A DNA stretch of 64,000 bases from an uncultured virus (IMG/VR IMGVR_UViG_3300028559_000007) (lineage: Duplodnaviria > Heunggongvirae > Uroviricota > Caudoviricetes), in the IMG/VR virus record IMGVR_UViG_3300028559_000007; one strand, given 5' to 3'. Position 1 is the stretch's first letter. Each line of letters opens with the position of its first letter. Made by a program: the position numbers and the translations under genes. The notes under the pieces are model-generated. The model was not told where the DNA came from and searched no databases. It was given only the letters and a program-made list of their open reading frames with translations. This document shows positions 1-10,201 of the stretch, piece by piece.

Positions 1-2
1 TA

Positions 3-1376
3 CAGCTCGCTCTTTTTTAACCCCCTCAAATTTATTTGAGGGGGTATTGACTAAAACTTATATTGAACGGATCTTATGGTGCATTTGCGACGCAATACTT
101 CATACTTTTCAACCAACACGTTGCTGGCACAATTACAGCGCAAGGAAGGGATCTAACTAAAACAATGCATGCTGTAAATGAAAAATACTGGTATACACAA
201 TGGCATTTAGATTATGAGTTACATGCTAGATTGTGTGTAAAAAATGTTACACCAATTTCTAAAAAAAATGGAGAAGAAGTAAGTATCTATGCAGATACAG
301 ATTCACTATTCGTATCGTTTGAACCAGCTATTCAACACTGTGAGTGGAGAAATTTATTTATAAATAATATAGATTTATTAGATTCAAAATTCGCCATATT
401 AGAATATAGACAACAAACAAAAACTGATAACAATAACTGTCTTGGTATTTTTAGAAATACAGATGAGTTAAAAGAATTTTTGGAAAATAATAAGGTAGAT
501 TATTTAATTATTGATGGATATTTTGCTAAAGATAGAGGATTTAATTCACCTGATTTACAAAATGCTTTAAAAGATATTGTAATAAGATGGAACTGGTTTA
601 ATGAATTAGATTTTATTCATGGTATAGACGAATTTAGATTTGGAGGATATTTTAAAAATTGTTTAGAAGAGTATGCTGAAAGTTTTGGAGTTAAAAATCG
701 AGAGGATTTTGAGTTAGAGAGGGTTTCAGAATCTATTATGAATTTTTCTAAAAAGAAATATATACAGAATATTGTATATGAAGACGGAATTCCATTTGAT
801 AGACTATCATATATATTTCCTAAGGGTGTAGAACTTGTAAGATCATCAACACCCTTATTTGCAAGAGAGAAAATCATACAAATTGTTAAATATTTATTTG
901 AGCATCCAGATAATTTTAATATTAAAGATTTGCTTAAATTGGTTAAAAATTTAAGAAAAGAGTTTGAATTGGCTAATATTGATGATATATCAATGCAATC
1001 ATCCTGTTCTAACTATGAAACAAAAGTTTTAGAAGATAAAGATAGATTGAGTTTTGTTTCTGGTGCTCACTTTGCCGTTAAATCAGCAGCTTATTATAAT
1101 TTTCTTCTAAATCAAAATAAAGGATTACAATCTAAATATGAATTTATTAAATCTGGAACAAAGATTAAATATTATCATTGTAAAAATAAGAAGATTAATG
1201 AGATATTTGCTTTTATAAGAGGTTCTTATCCTATTGAATTCGCTCCAGAGGTTGATTATGATTTACAATTTTATAAAACAATTATAAGTCCTATAAATTC
1301 AATTATTACACCACTTGGAATGCCAGAAATAACTAAAAGACTAAGTGTTGTATTAGATATTTTTGGAGGTTTTTAA
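3..1376 (+). CDS. Family B DNA polymerase (T4 gp43-like), C-terminal part; 5' part lies upstream of the window; motif B interrupted by a 39-nt insert (about 12-50)
   Basis: Motif B reads QLAL (3-14) then LKLILNGSYG (51-80) in the same frame; motif C YADTDS, KKKY and KGVE.VRSSTP are present in ORF 63..1376. Confidence 0.93.
12..50 (+). other. 39-nt in-frame insertion with two stop codons and a hairpin inside polymerase motif B
   Basis: TAA 18-20, TGA 48-50, stem ACCCCCTCAAA (20-30)/TTTGAGGGGGT (35-45); removal restores QLALKLILNGSYG. Confidence 0.8.
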
Positions 1377-1405
1377 TGGATAGAGATCATTTTTTTGAAT
1401 AAGAG

Positions 1406-1926
1406 TTAAATATTAACTAAACTTTTAAATATTTTACAATGAGATTTATTAATTATGACTGAATCAATAATTTGGAAGTAGTTATCTGATATAATTGGAT
1501 ATTTACTAGGAGAAATTAGAACAAAGTATTCACAATTTATAGATAAATTGTATAATAGATTATTGAAATAAGATTTATCACAAAGATGTAAAGCATAAGA
1601 GCATATAATAGTTTGATAAAAATTATTCAATCCATTATCTGAAATATTTTCAAAAGAATAGTCTAAGCATTTTTTCCCTGTATTTTTTTCATATGCTTCA
1701 GATAAATAAGGATCACAACCAGTTGCATCAGTTATTCTTTTATTTTTTAGATATGATGTGACTTCTCCATTACCCGCGGCAAGGTCTAAAAAATTATCAA
1801 TTTTAATTTTGTCAATACCTTTTCTAGATGAGGATTTATATAAGATGTTTTATTGAATTTATAAAAATTCACAACACCTATTTTTGAATATTCATCTCTT
1901 ATACCATATTCTTTGATATATTTCAT
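1406..1926 (-). pseudogene. Class I SAM-dependent methyltransferase, frameshifted near 1800-1850
   Basis: ATG 1926 gives MKYIKEYGIRDEY..NPHLEK then a TAG; the -1 frame gives FLDLAAGNGEVT..GCDPY..SYALHL, continuous with ORF 1406..1630. Confidence 0.7.
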
Positions 1927-2006
1927 AGTATTTATATATTAAATATATTCAAACAAAAATAATTTATTAACCTAAAAGAAATAGGTATATAAACAATATA
2001 TAATTC

Positions 2007-2234
2007 GTGTTTAAAAATCATGAATTATATAAATTTTATGAAATCTATATTGATAATAAAAAAATATCAAATGGTGCTAAAAAACTAATGAAGATGTCTG
2101 AATCCTCATTTGAGGATTTCAAATTCCAATATGATAAAAATATAGATTTCAAATATAGAATTGATGAGATTGTTAAGACTGAAATTAGAGATAATAAAAT
2201 AGATGATATTTTAGATGATGATATTTTTAGATGA
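2007..2234 (+). CDS. Hypothetical protein with C-terminal RDNKIDDIL motif
   Basis: ORF; motif shared with other ORFs in the window. Confidence 0.6.
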   Translation: MFKNHELYKFYEIYIDNKKISNGAKKLMKMSESSFEDFKFQYDKNIDFKYRIDEIVKTEIRDNKIDDILDDDIFR

Positions 2235-2559
2235 AATAAACGTTTCTGGTGAAGTTATAAAATTTTGGAAAGGGTTTGACTTAAATACCATTTCAAATCA
2301 TCCAAAAGATGGTAAAAATGGGTTTATGGTAGTTTTAATTGATTCAGTAAAGTCATGTCAAAGAGATAATAAAATAGATTCTATACTTTATAATAGAAAA
2401 TCGGATAATATTTATAAAGTATTTCAAAAATTAAATAATAATTGGTTAATGATCTATGAATCTTTAGGTGAGGATGATAAAATTATTCAAATACTAAAAG
2501 ATAAATTTTCTAAAAAACTGTTTTTTACTCCATATAAAACAATTGATGGTTTTAGATAA
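2215..2559 (+). CDS. Hypothetical protein (RDNKIDSIL motif)
   Basis: ORF overlapping neighbours. Confidence 0.6.
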   Translation: MMIFLDEINVSGEVIKFWKGFDLNTISNHPKDGKNGFMVVLIDSVKSCQRDNKIDSILYNRKSDNIYKVFQKLNNNWLMIYESLGEDDKIIQILKDKFSKKLFFTPYKTIDGFR

Positions 2560-2572
2560 AATATATATTAAT

Positions 2573-3058
2573 ATGAATCACTTGATGAGATATGAAGGTT
2601 ATAGTTCAGTTGAAAGAATGGATGATATTTTAGATAAGATATCCAAATATGGTATTAATTCCTTATCAAAATTAGAAAAAGATTTTTTAGATTCATATAA
2701 GTCAGGAATTGAAAAAGAAACACATAAGGAATTAATAAAAAAAGAATCTGAAATAGTTTTTGAAGATGATATGGGCAATTTCAAATTCGAATTTGAAAAT
2801 TTTGAAAACCACGTAAATGAATATCATTATATTGGAAAATTATATGTCAAAGATTTAGAACTTGAAAATGGTGAAAAAATTAAAGGATGTTTAGATGGTA
2901 AAATTATAAAATTTGAAAATGAAAGTATATCTCCTGACTTTTATAGTAAAGAAGGTTATGACATTTTTGAGTTTACTAACGGTTTAGAATATGAGTTAGA
3001 TTCATTTATTGATTATGTTATTTCAGAAATAGATGAAAAACTTAAATATAAAGATTAA
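2573..3058 (+). CDS. Hypothetical protein with DUF6576-like motif (DDILDKISKYGINSLS..EK.FL)
   Basis: Motif recognised by eye; likely start ATG 2573 after AAATATATA. Confidence 0.6.
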   Translation: MNHLMRYEGYSSVERMDDILDKISKYGINSLSKLEKDFLDSYKSGIEKETHKELIKKESEIVFEDDMGNFKFEFENFENHVNEYHYIGKLYVKDLELENGEKIKGCLDGKIIKFENESISPDFYSKEGYDIFEFTNGLEYELDSFIDYVISEIDEKLKYKD

Positions 3059-3064
3059 TATATA
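3056..3064 (+). promoter_or_regulatory. TAATATATA putative phage late-promoter motif (representative copy)
   Basis: Recurs shortly upstream of many starts on both strands (e.g. 17677, 26118, 36966, 47083, 51730). Confidence 0.6.
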
Positions 3065-3083
3065 ATAAAAAATACAATAATAT

Positions 3084-3503
3084 ATGAAATTAAAGAAATA
3101 TAATCAATATGTCAAAGAAGATCTTCAATCAGTTGATAATATTGAAGATAACTCAAATAGACCAGTAGGTAGAAGATCAGGATCTCCATCTCCGGACTTT
3201 TCTAAGCCTAAAGGTATTTTTGATGAGAATGAAAATGATATGACTGGAGAATTAGAAGGTGAAAGAAAAGTGGGTCAGGATAACTTAAATGTTGATGAAC
3301 TTGAGGAAGAAGAAGGTCATGAATATGAGGGAACTAAACTAATGAAAAGTTTAGCTGAAAAGTTAGGAACAGAAATTATAAACAATTCTATTGAATATAA
3401 AGGTAAAAAAATAAACTTCTTCTCTGAAACAGAGGCTTTTCATATTGACAAAAAGAAATTTAAAACAATTGAAGAAGTTCTAACCTATTTAGGTAAAAAC
3501 TAA
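3084..3503 (+). CDS. Acidic hypothetical protein with capsid-targeting-like N-terminus
   Basis: MKLKKYNQYVKED start; upstream TAATATATA; downstream terminator. Confidence 0.7.
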   Translation: MKLKKYNQYVKEDLQSVDNIEDNSNRPVGRRSGSPSPDFSKPKGIFDENENDMTGELEGERKVGQDNLNVDELEEEEGHEYEGTKLMKSLAEKLGTEIINNSIEYKGKKINFFSETEAFHIDKKKFKTIEEVLTYLGKN

Positions 3504-3525
3504 AATACTTTAAATATCAATTAAG

Positions 3526-3554
3526 ACTCAAAATTAATAATTTTGAGTTTTTTT
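3526..3554 (+). terminator. Intrinsic terminator
   Basis: ACTCAAAATT/AATTTTGAGT stem plus T-tract. Confidence 0.7.
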
Positions 3555-3618
3555 ATTTCTGAAAATAGAGGATGATGTTTTAGATATATACTGAGAGAAG
3601 AAGATAACTCTTAATTTT

Positions 3619-4086
3619 ATGAATATTATAGAAGTTATCAGTTTTATTAGAAAATCAAAAGATCATCATTTTTTATCAGTAGATAAAAAAATCTGGAATA
3701 GATGGTCAATATTAATAAAATTATTTGTTTTACTAAACAAAAATTATGTACCATGTGTTATTTATAGGAAAAAATATAAATTTCTTAAAAATATTGTTAT
3801 AATTGGACTAAAATGGAATGGTAAAAATGTTAAAAGAAGAACTAGTGGATTTGCAAAAGAGTTTTTAAAAAACAATGAAAATGTAAAATGTATTTATTGT
3901 GGATCTAAATTAACAGTAGATAACGCTACAACAGATCATATTATACCAATATCAAAAGGTGGAAACAACTGTCAGATAAACCTTGTCGTTGTTTGTTTTG
4001 ACTGTAATAATGAAAGAGGAGATTTAAACTTTTATGAATATATGAAAATTAAAAATCCTAAATATTTTAAAAGTCATTATTTTTAA
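3619..4086 (+). CDS. HNH endonuclease
   Basis: CIYCG..TTDHIIPISKGG..NLVVVCFDCN. Confidence 0.9.
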   Translation: MNIIEVISFIRKSKDHHFLSVDKKIWNRWSILIKLFVLLNKNYVPCVIYRKKYKFLKNIVIIGLKWNGKNVKRRTSGFAKEFLKNNENVKCIYCGSKLTVDNATTDHIIPISKGGNNCQINLVVVCFDCNNERGDLNFYEYMKIKNPKYFKSHYF

Positions 4087-5260
4087 AAGATTTTAAATAA
4101 TCTTTTTCAGTTTTAATACTTTTTCTGTAAATATTTTTAGGTAAATATTTTATATCAAATAAATCATTTGAAAAAAAATTATATATATTTAATTTTTTAA
4201 AAGAATTAGGTACTAATTCATTAAGTTTATTTAAATCCTTTACTTTAGAAATTCTATATAAAAGCTTGTGAGGATCATCAGACTTTTTTTTAGATATAAT
4301 ATCTTCAAATAATTTTTTCCATAGAAATACCTTACCACCTTCTCTTATTTTTTCTTCTGATTTATTAAATCCTGCTGTATCATTATCGAAAAAATATTGC
4401 AAATCTAAATTGTTATTTTCTAAAAATTGCAAATCTGTATTTACTCCAACTATACCAATTGAATTTGGATAAAATAGAGAATCTAAATATCCTTCAAAGA
4501 TTGTTATTGTATTTTCAAAATTAACATTTAGAATATTAAAAAAATATGATAATTTATTATAAATAACGGACTTATGAATATCTAGTTCAACATCTTCACC
4601 ATGTATCCATTTATAAATAGATTCCCAATTATAAATAACAAAAAATCTCCTACGTCCTTCTTTTAGATTACGAACTTGCAATCCTAATACTTTATCTTCT
4701 CTTCTATTTAAGAATACGATAACATGTTCAAATCCTTCATCACCTTTAGAAAATTTAGCTTGGTATATATTTTTATGTAACTCTTTTGGAATACCGCGAC
4801 CTATTAAATATTTAAATACACCACTTCTTTCATTAATAGGGGCAAAGTCAAATATAGGTGTAGTTTTTTTAACATTAAATAGTTCTTCTAATTCTTTCAT
4901 ATTAATTAGATCATCTAATTTGAAATCTGCAAGATCTGTATCATAGTCAGAATAACTAACAATTGAATCTAAATATTCAATCATTTCAAGTTTTTTCTGA
5001 GGATCTATGACTTCATCAAAATCAGTAGCCATTCTATCAAATGAAGTTTTTTTATCACATCTGAAACAAATGAAGAATAATTTATTAAAATAAAGATTAC
5101 CTCTTTTTTTGTGTTGAGATTTACCTTCTTTACAATAAGGACATCGCATATTTATACGATCTTCATAAACAATAACCTTTCTAAATATTGGCGATGTAAA
5201 TTCTTTATCTAATAAATTTTGAATAATACTTTGTATATAAACTTTATCCATATATATCAT
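4067..5260 (-). CDS. DNA primase (T4 gp61-like)
   Basis: Zn finger CPYC..CFRC; TOPRIM motifs IFEGYLDS and FFDNDTAG; KDLN. Confidence 0.9.
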   Translation of the reverse strand: MIYMDKVYIQSIIQNLLDKEFTSPIFRKVIVYEDRINMRCPYCKEGKSQHKKRGNLYFNKLFFICFRCDKKTSFDRMATDFDEVIDPQKKLEMIEYLDSIVSYSDYDTDLADFKLDDLINMKELEELFNVKKTTPIFDFAPINERSGVFKYLIGRGIPKELHKNIYQAKFSKGDEGFEHVIVFLNRREDKVLGLQVRNLKEGRRRFFVIYNWESIYKWIHGEDVELDIHKSVIYNKLSYFFNILNVNFENTITIFEGYLDSLFYPNSIGIVGVNTDLQFLENNNLDLQYFFDNDTAGFNKSEEKIREGGKVFLWKKLFEDIISKKKSDDPHKLLYRISKVKDLNKLNELVPNSFKKLNIYNFFSNDLFDIKYLPKNIYRKSIKTEKDYLKSFKNNDF

Positions 5261-5307
5261 GATATGTTATTTAAACAAATTGTTTTTAGTTTATAAAATT
5301 TGTATAT

Positions 5308-5694
5308 TTGAAAATAAAATTTATTAGTATGAATAATCATGGTAAAGTTCTATATAGTGTTAAAGTTGATGGTATTAAATCATTGGGTGATGATGTAAAT
5401 GTCGGAGTTTATGGTATTTTTGAATCAAATTCTGGAACTGGTAAATGGAAATATTATTTGATATCATATAAAGTACAATCGAATGGAAATATTCGACTTA
5501 CTGATGAATGGCATTCATATTTAATAGATGCAACATATGATACAATAAAAAAACATGCTAAAGAAATTCAATCTACTGAGGATGGTATAAAAATATGTGA
5601 TGAATATAAAGCTAAATGGTTAAGTGGATCTAATGATGTCTTACAACAAAAAAGAGACAAAAAGTTAAATGAGATACTTGATGATAAGAATTAA
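5308..5694 (+). CDS. Hypothetical protein with C-terminal RDKKLNEIL motif
   Basis: ORF; TATATTTG at 5303-5310 suggests true start ATG 5329. Confidence 0.65.
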   Translation: MKIKFISMNNHGKVLYSVKVDGIKSLGDDVNVGVYGIFESNSGTGKWKYYLISYKVQSNGNIRLTDEWHSYLIDATYDTIKKHAKEIQSTEDGIKICDEYKAKWLSGSNDVLQQKRDKKLNEILDDKN

Positions 5695-7628
5695 GTATTC
5701 TTCCACTTATACCACATTTTATATATCTCTGGATCTGTAAATACATCTTTAATAAAAGATTGTGCCAATATCACCATGTTATAGATACTATCATACGTTC
5801 CTTCTGATAAGGTCTTGAAGTTACCAAAAACAATATTAGACTTTTCTCCAAGAAGTTGTTTTAAAAATTCTTCATCAAAATTAATTATAGAATTTTTGAA
5901 TCTACGCATACGATCACTTTGAGATCTTAGGTCTGGATAATTCAAAGATGGTAGTCCATCTTTTTGCATTGATTTCTCTGGGTATGAGTATAATACATAC
6001 TTAATACATTTTTTTAAAAATTCTAAATTTTGATGTTGATCCATTCCAAGATATATTTTATATATTGATCTAATTTCAATAATCTTTCTTTTATTTAGAT
6101 CAAAATCAGTTGTAAGTAAATAGTTTTTAATCTTATCTTTATCAACCTCTATATCCTCTAATTTAGAAGATATGTAATTTTCAATTTTAATATCTCCCTC
6201 CATTTTTTCATCTCTAAAATAATATTTATCATCTAACGGATTTAATATAACATACCTGTTTAAAGTCATTGTCTCACTACCATCTTTATGTATAACTTTA
6301 ACAAATAAATCACTAGATAAATTATTTGGAATAAAATCTTCATCCCCAACAGCATTAATAACAATGATCATTGAATCATCAGTTAGCATATAATCACTCA
6401 TAATTTCTGAATGAACCACATCATCTAAATAATATGTTTGATCAAACCATTCAGAATAAGCAGTTTCTTCATTTGGACTTGCATAAATATCCTTATATTC
6501 TAAATATATTGCAGAATCTCCATGTACATAATCTCCAGCATTTGGGCAATAAATAGCTTCTTCACTATTAATATATTCTCCATGATATTCAGACCAAACA
6601 CTATCAGTCTCATCAGTATATGATCCATCAGTATTTTGTAGTTTATATAATCCACTACTAGGCCAAAGATTTTCACTAGTGTGTAAGGTACCATTATTTG
6701 TATCTAATATCATAAAACTATCCATATATGGATATTGATCAAACATAAATTTATTTAATTTAACACTAAATTCTCTTCCTCCAAGATTAGAAATCCAATT
6801 TTTAGATGATGCATAGCTTCTAAAAACCACAACATCATAGTCATTTATTGTATATACTCTATCCATTAACTTATTACCATTAATATCAGTCCAAACTAAT
6901 GCTCTACCACATATTTTAGTTTTAGATTGATCAGAGTACATTATTAATAGATTACAAACCTCTGGATTTTCAACATAAATATTAAAAAATGATTGACTTG
7001 TATTATGTCTCATACAGGAATTTCCTAATTGTCCTTTTACTTCTGAATAATTAGACTGTAAATACCATTTTCTTATATCCTCACCCGATACTAAATCCAT
7101 CCTTTGGTCAAGATTAAAATCAAAATCAAAAGTGGCTTTATAGGCGTTTGAGAATTTTTCAATTGCAGCATCAGTCACAGATATATTATTATCTTTAAAA
7201 ATCTTTTTAGAAAATTTACCAACTTTTACTTCACTTCTTTGGTCTTTCCATAGTGAATTAAATGCATCAATATTGATTATACGGACACCAAGATCTTTAT
7301 ATGTCCAAGCAGATTTTACCCATGCCTTAAAATCTGAATTTGAATCTGAATTTCCTTTGTTTAGATCATCATATTTTCTTTTAACTCTATTAACTTGAAT
7401 AAATGATAACATATCATTTTTATCAGTCATGTCTATAAGAGTAATATCAGATGACATTTGATTTGAATTTTCGGAAAATCTAATAGCATTCGCTAATCTT
7501 GAAACTTCAGTATCCTTACTGGATTTTTCTATTTTAAAGATAAACTCTCTAAGTCTTTTAGAATAATATATTGGTATCTTTAACTTTGAATCGGACTCAA
7601 AAATATATTCAAGGAAACTTTTTAACAT
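5691..7628 (-). CDS. Conserved phage protein (SCMR..GRALVW..MDRVY type), function unknown
   Basis: 645-aa ORF; motif pattern recognised from phage proteins; MLKSFLEYIFES start. Confidence 0.7.
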   Translation of the reverse strand: MLKSFLEYIFESDSKLKIPIYYSKRLREFIFKIEKSSKDTEVSRLANAIRFSENSNQMSSDITLIDMTDKNDMLSFIQVNRVKRKYDDLNKGNSDSNSDFKAWVKSAWTYKDLGVRIINIDAFNSLWKDQRSEVKVGKFSKKIFKDNNISVTDAAIEKFSNAYKATFDFDFNLDQRMDLVSGEDIRKWYLQSNYSEVKGQLGNSCMRHNTSQSFFNIYVENPEVCNLLIMYSDQSKTKICGRALVWTDINGNKLMDRVYTINDYDVVVFRSYASSKNWISNLGGREFSVKLNKFMFDQYPYMDSFMILDTNNGTLHTSENLWPSSGLYKLQNTDGSYTDETDSVWSEYHGEYINSEEAIYCPNAGDYVHGDSAIYLEYKDIYASPNEETAYSEWFDQTYYLDDVVHSEIMSDYMLTDDSMIIVINAVGDEDFIPNNLSSDLFVKVIHKDGSETMTLNRYVILNPLDDKYYFRDEKMEGDIKIENYISSKLEDIEVDKDKIKNYLLTTDFDLNKRKIIEIRSIYKIYLGMDQHQNLEFLKKCIKYVLYSYPEKSMQKDGLPSLNYPDLRSQSDRMRRFKNSIINFDEEFLKQLLGEKSNIVFGNFKTLSEGTYDSIYNMVILAQSFIKDVFTDPEIYKMWYKWKNT

Positions 7629-7632
7629 AATA

Positions 7633-8415
7633 ATGGTATATATTAAAAAATATAATTATATTTGTATTATGAAAAATCATATAGTATATAGAGAAAAATA
7701 CCTTTTGGGTGATATACATGGAGAGTGGAGTGTTATATTAAATCATCTGCGTAGAGGTAATAATTTGGATTTAGAAGAAAAAAGAAATATTTGCTATATT
7801 CAAGTTGGAGATTTTAGTATTGGATACAATGATCCAAAATTAGAAATCAAAAAATTATTAGTGCTTAATAATGAACTAAAAGATAGAGAAAGTGATCTTT
7901 TTATAATTCGCGGAAATCATGATGATCCAGAATGGTTTCATGTTGATAAAAAAACAAAATATAAAGAACAATTAAGTAATATTTTCTTTGTACCAGACTA
8001 TACAGTTTTAAATATTGATTTAGAAAATATACTTTTTGTTGGTGGTGCTGTTAGTATTGACCGAAATTATAATAAAATATATGGTGGTAAATATTGGGAA
8101 GATGAAGTTGTTAAATTCGATTTTGATTTTGTTAAAGGCTTAAGAGATATTGATAGAATGATTTGTCACACAAGTCCAGATTTTGTTGAACCATTAACAT
8201 TTAATAATCTTGTCTATCATTATGCTAAAAATGATGATTTACTTTTAGAGGATCTTAGAAATGAAAGACAGAATATGACAAAATTGGTTACCGAAGTTAT
8301 GAATAATAACAAGATAAAAACTTTTGCCTATGGTCACTTTCATAGAAGCTATAGATTTTATCATAATAATTGTGAGTTTCTTGGATTAAATATCAATCAA
8401 TTTATACAAACATAA
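7633..8415 (+). CDS. Calcineurin-like metallophosphoesterase
   Basis: GDIHG, VGDF, RGNHD, GHFH motifs; likely start ATG 7669. Confidence 0.9.
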   Translation: MVYIKKYNYICIMKNHIVYREKYLLGDIHGEWSVILNHLRRGNNLDLEEKRNICYIQVGDFSIGYNDPKLEIKKLLVLNNELKDRESDLFIIRGNHDDPEWFHVDKKTKYKEQLSNIFFVPDYTVLNIDLENILFVGGAVSIDRNYNKIYGGKYWEDEVVKFDFDFVKGLRDIDRMICHTSPDFVEPLTFNNLVYHYAKNDDLLLEDLRNERQNMTKLVTEVMNNNKIKTFAYGHFHRSYRFYHNNCEFLGLNINQFIQT

Positions 8416-8441
8416 TAGTCTGAAATGTTTGTATAAATTGA

Positions 8442-9773
8442 TTAATAGGAATTCTTTAAAAAATTATAAACATGTTCTATATTTTCATTAGCAACTGAAA
8501 TGTGATCAGATGCCCAATCATGTTCATTTAATATTTCATCAATATTTGAACTATCCATTTGAAGTAGTTCATCAATCATTTTTTTCATTGTTTCTAAATT
8601 ATTAAAAAACATATAATTAGTTTGATTCTCTTTTAATAATTTAGATTTTTTAATTTTTTTCTTACCTTTTATATCTTTTTTAAAATCTTCTGTCCATTCT
8701 TTAGATTTTTTTGATATATAATCAGTCGCCATTCTATGTGTATGTGCAACAGGATCATTATCTCCTATATTACTCGGAAATAATCTAGATCCTTGATTAT
8801 TAAAAGAACTAAAAGACATTATTGAACTTGCCATACCGGGTGCTTGAGTAGAAACAGTTGATTCGTTTGATTTTTCTTCACCTTTTCTAAATTTGGTTAT
8901 TTCTCCTCCTTTGATATTTCTATCAGTCGTTTTATGTAGTGATAATTTTAATTCATGACTAAGATTATCAGATAGTGATGATTTTTCTTTAAAATATTTT
9001 CTAACGTGATCAACATTTTTTGGATCATCATCAGAAAATCCAATAGAAACCGATTTGGCACCAACTTTTTTACCAAAATCATTACACTTTTCTATGAATT
9101 GTTCAAGTGCCATTTCTTTTGCTTTTTCAGGATTAGAAGCAGATGCCTCACCAAATTGACTAGCAAATGATTGTGAACTAACCCCATAAAAATCACAGTG
9201 TTCTAAATAAATTTGTATTAATTTAGTTTTTGAAATATCACCTTTTGGAATTCTATCAAAATTTGTATCATGTCCAAAAATATAAGCGTGTTTTAAACAA
9301 TTATTATAGAGTAAGTGTTGGTCATCATCAGACAAAAAATCATCTATAATATATTCAACAGCTCTTTTAATGGTATCTGGCTCGTGCCCACGAGCAGTTA
9401 TTATGGAAAATATTGATCCATCTTTTAAACAATTTAAAAACTTCTCCCATGATGGTCCAAAATCTTTTTTATCTATCGCTGTTTTAACATCTTCTATAAA
9501 AGAATTTGACCCTCTAGGTCCATTATCTCTAAAGCCTGAGAAAGATATTATAGGATCGTTATTTCTTAATCGATAATTTTCAGCATCTGTTCTAACTTTG
9601 GCATATTCAGAAGTTGATACCTCTACAGGTAACCATTTTTCTCCTTCTTTTTTATCCATAAGTATAGTTGTTGACATATGTAGAATATTATCATCCCAGT
9701 CAAATGCAAAATAATGCAATTCTGGTCTATCATTAAGGGACTCTTTAAAGATCTTAAATTTTATAATGGACAT
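8442..9773 (-). CDS. HAD-superfamily phosphatase-like protein
   Basis: FDWDDNI motif I, ITARGH motif II, FSDDD motif IV. Confidence 0.7.
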   Translation of the reverse strand: MSIIKFKIFKESLNDRPELHYFAFDWDDNILHMSTTILMDKKEGEKWLPVEVSTSEYAKVRTDAENYRLRNNDPIISFSGFRDNGPRGSNSFIEDVKTAIDKKDFGPSWEKFLNCLKDGSIFSIITARGHEPDTIKRAVEYIIDDFLSDDDQHLLYNNCLKHAYIFGHDTNFDRIPKGDISKTKLIQIYLEHCDFYGVSSQSFASQFGEASASNPEKAKEMALEQFIEKCNDFGKKVGAKSVSIGFSDDDPKNVDHVRKYFKEKSSLSDNLSHELKLSLHKTTDRNIKGGEITKFRKGEEKSNESTVSTQAPGMASSIMSFSSFNNQGSRLFPSNIGDNDPVAHTHRMATDYISKKSKEWTEDFKKDIKGKKKIKKSKLLKENQTNYMFFNNLETMKKMIDELLQMDSSNIDEILNEHDWASDHISVANENIEHVYNFLKNSY

Positions 9774-9784
9774 AGTATTAGTTT

Positions 9785-10147
9785 TTATCTTCTTTTTTCA
9801 ATAAATGATTTGAAAGATTCAAGCTTAACTTCTTTATCATCTTCTTCATCCATATCATCATCCATATCATCTGATTCTTCTTCATCCATATCATCATCTG
9901 ACTCTTCATCATTTTCCGATCCTTCAAAATCTTCCTCTTCTTCACCATCAAAAGATTCCATATCATCTTCAGAATTTTTATCAAAATCATCAAATCCTTG
10001 AACTTCATCATCATCTTGTGATTCTTCACCAGATTGTAATTCAAATTCTTCAATAGTTTCTTCGTCTTTTATAGCACTAACAGTAACAAGACCATCAATT
10101 TCTTCTATAACGATTTCAAAACCGTTTACTTCAATTGTAGTTTTCAT
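9785..10147 (-). CDS. Highly acidic hypothetical protein
   Basis: D/E-rich ORF with upstream TAATATATA; C-terminal KLESFKSFIE. Confidence 0.7.
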   Translation of the reverse strand: MKTTIEVNGFEIVIEEIDGLVTVSAIKDEETIEEFELQSGEESQDDDEVQGFDDFDKNSEDDMESFDGEEEEDFEGSENDEESDDDMDEEESDDMDDDMDEEDDKEVKLESFKSFIEKRR

Positions 10148-10201
10148 ATATTTTCTATTTTTTTTTATATATTAATTTAAGAAATCAATTTTTGTCAAAT
10201 T

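Noticed and set aside
12..53. Polymerase insert as a group I/II intron or intein
   Set aside because: 39 nt is far too short for a ribozyme core, and in-frame stops exclude an intein
9835..10020. Repetitive TCATC tract as a CRISPR or tandem array
   Set aside because: Explained by Asp/Glu codons of the acidic protein; no repeat-spacer structure was seen anywhere in the window
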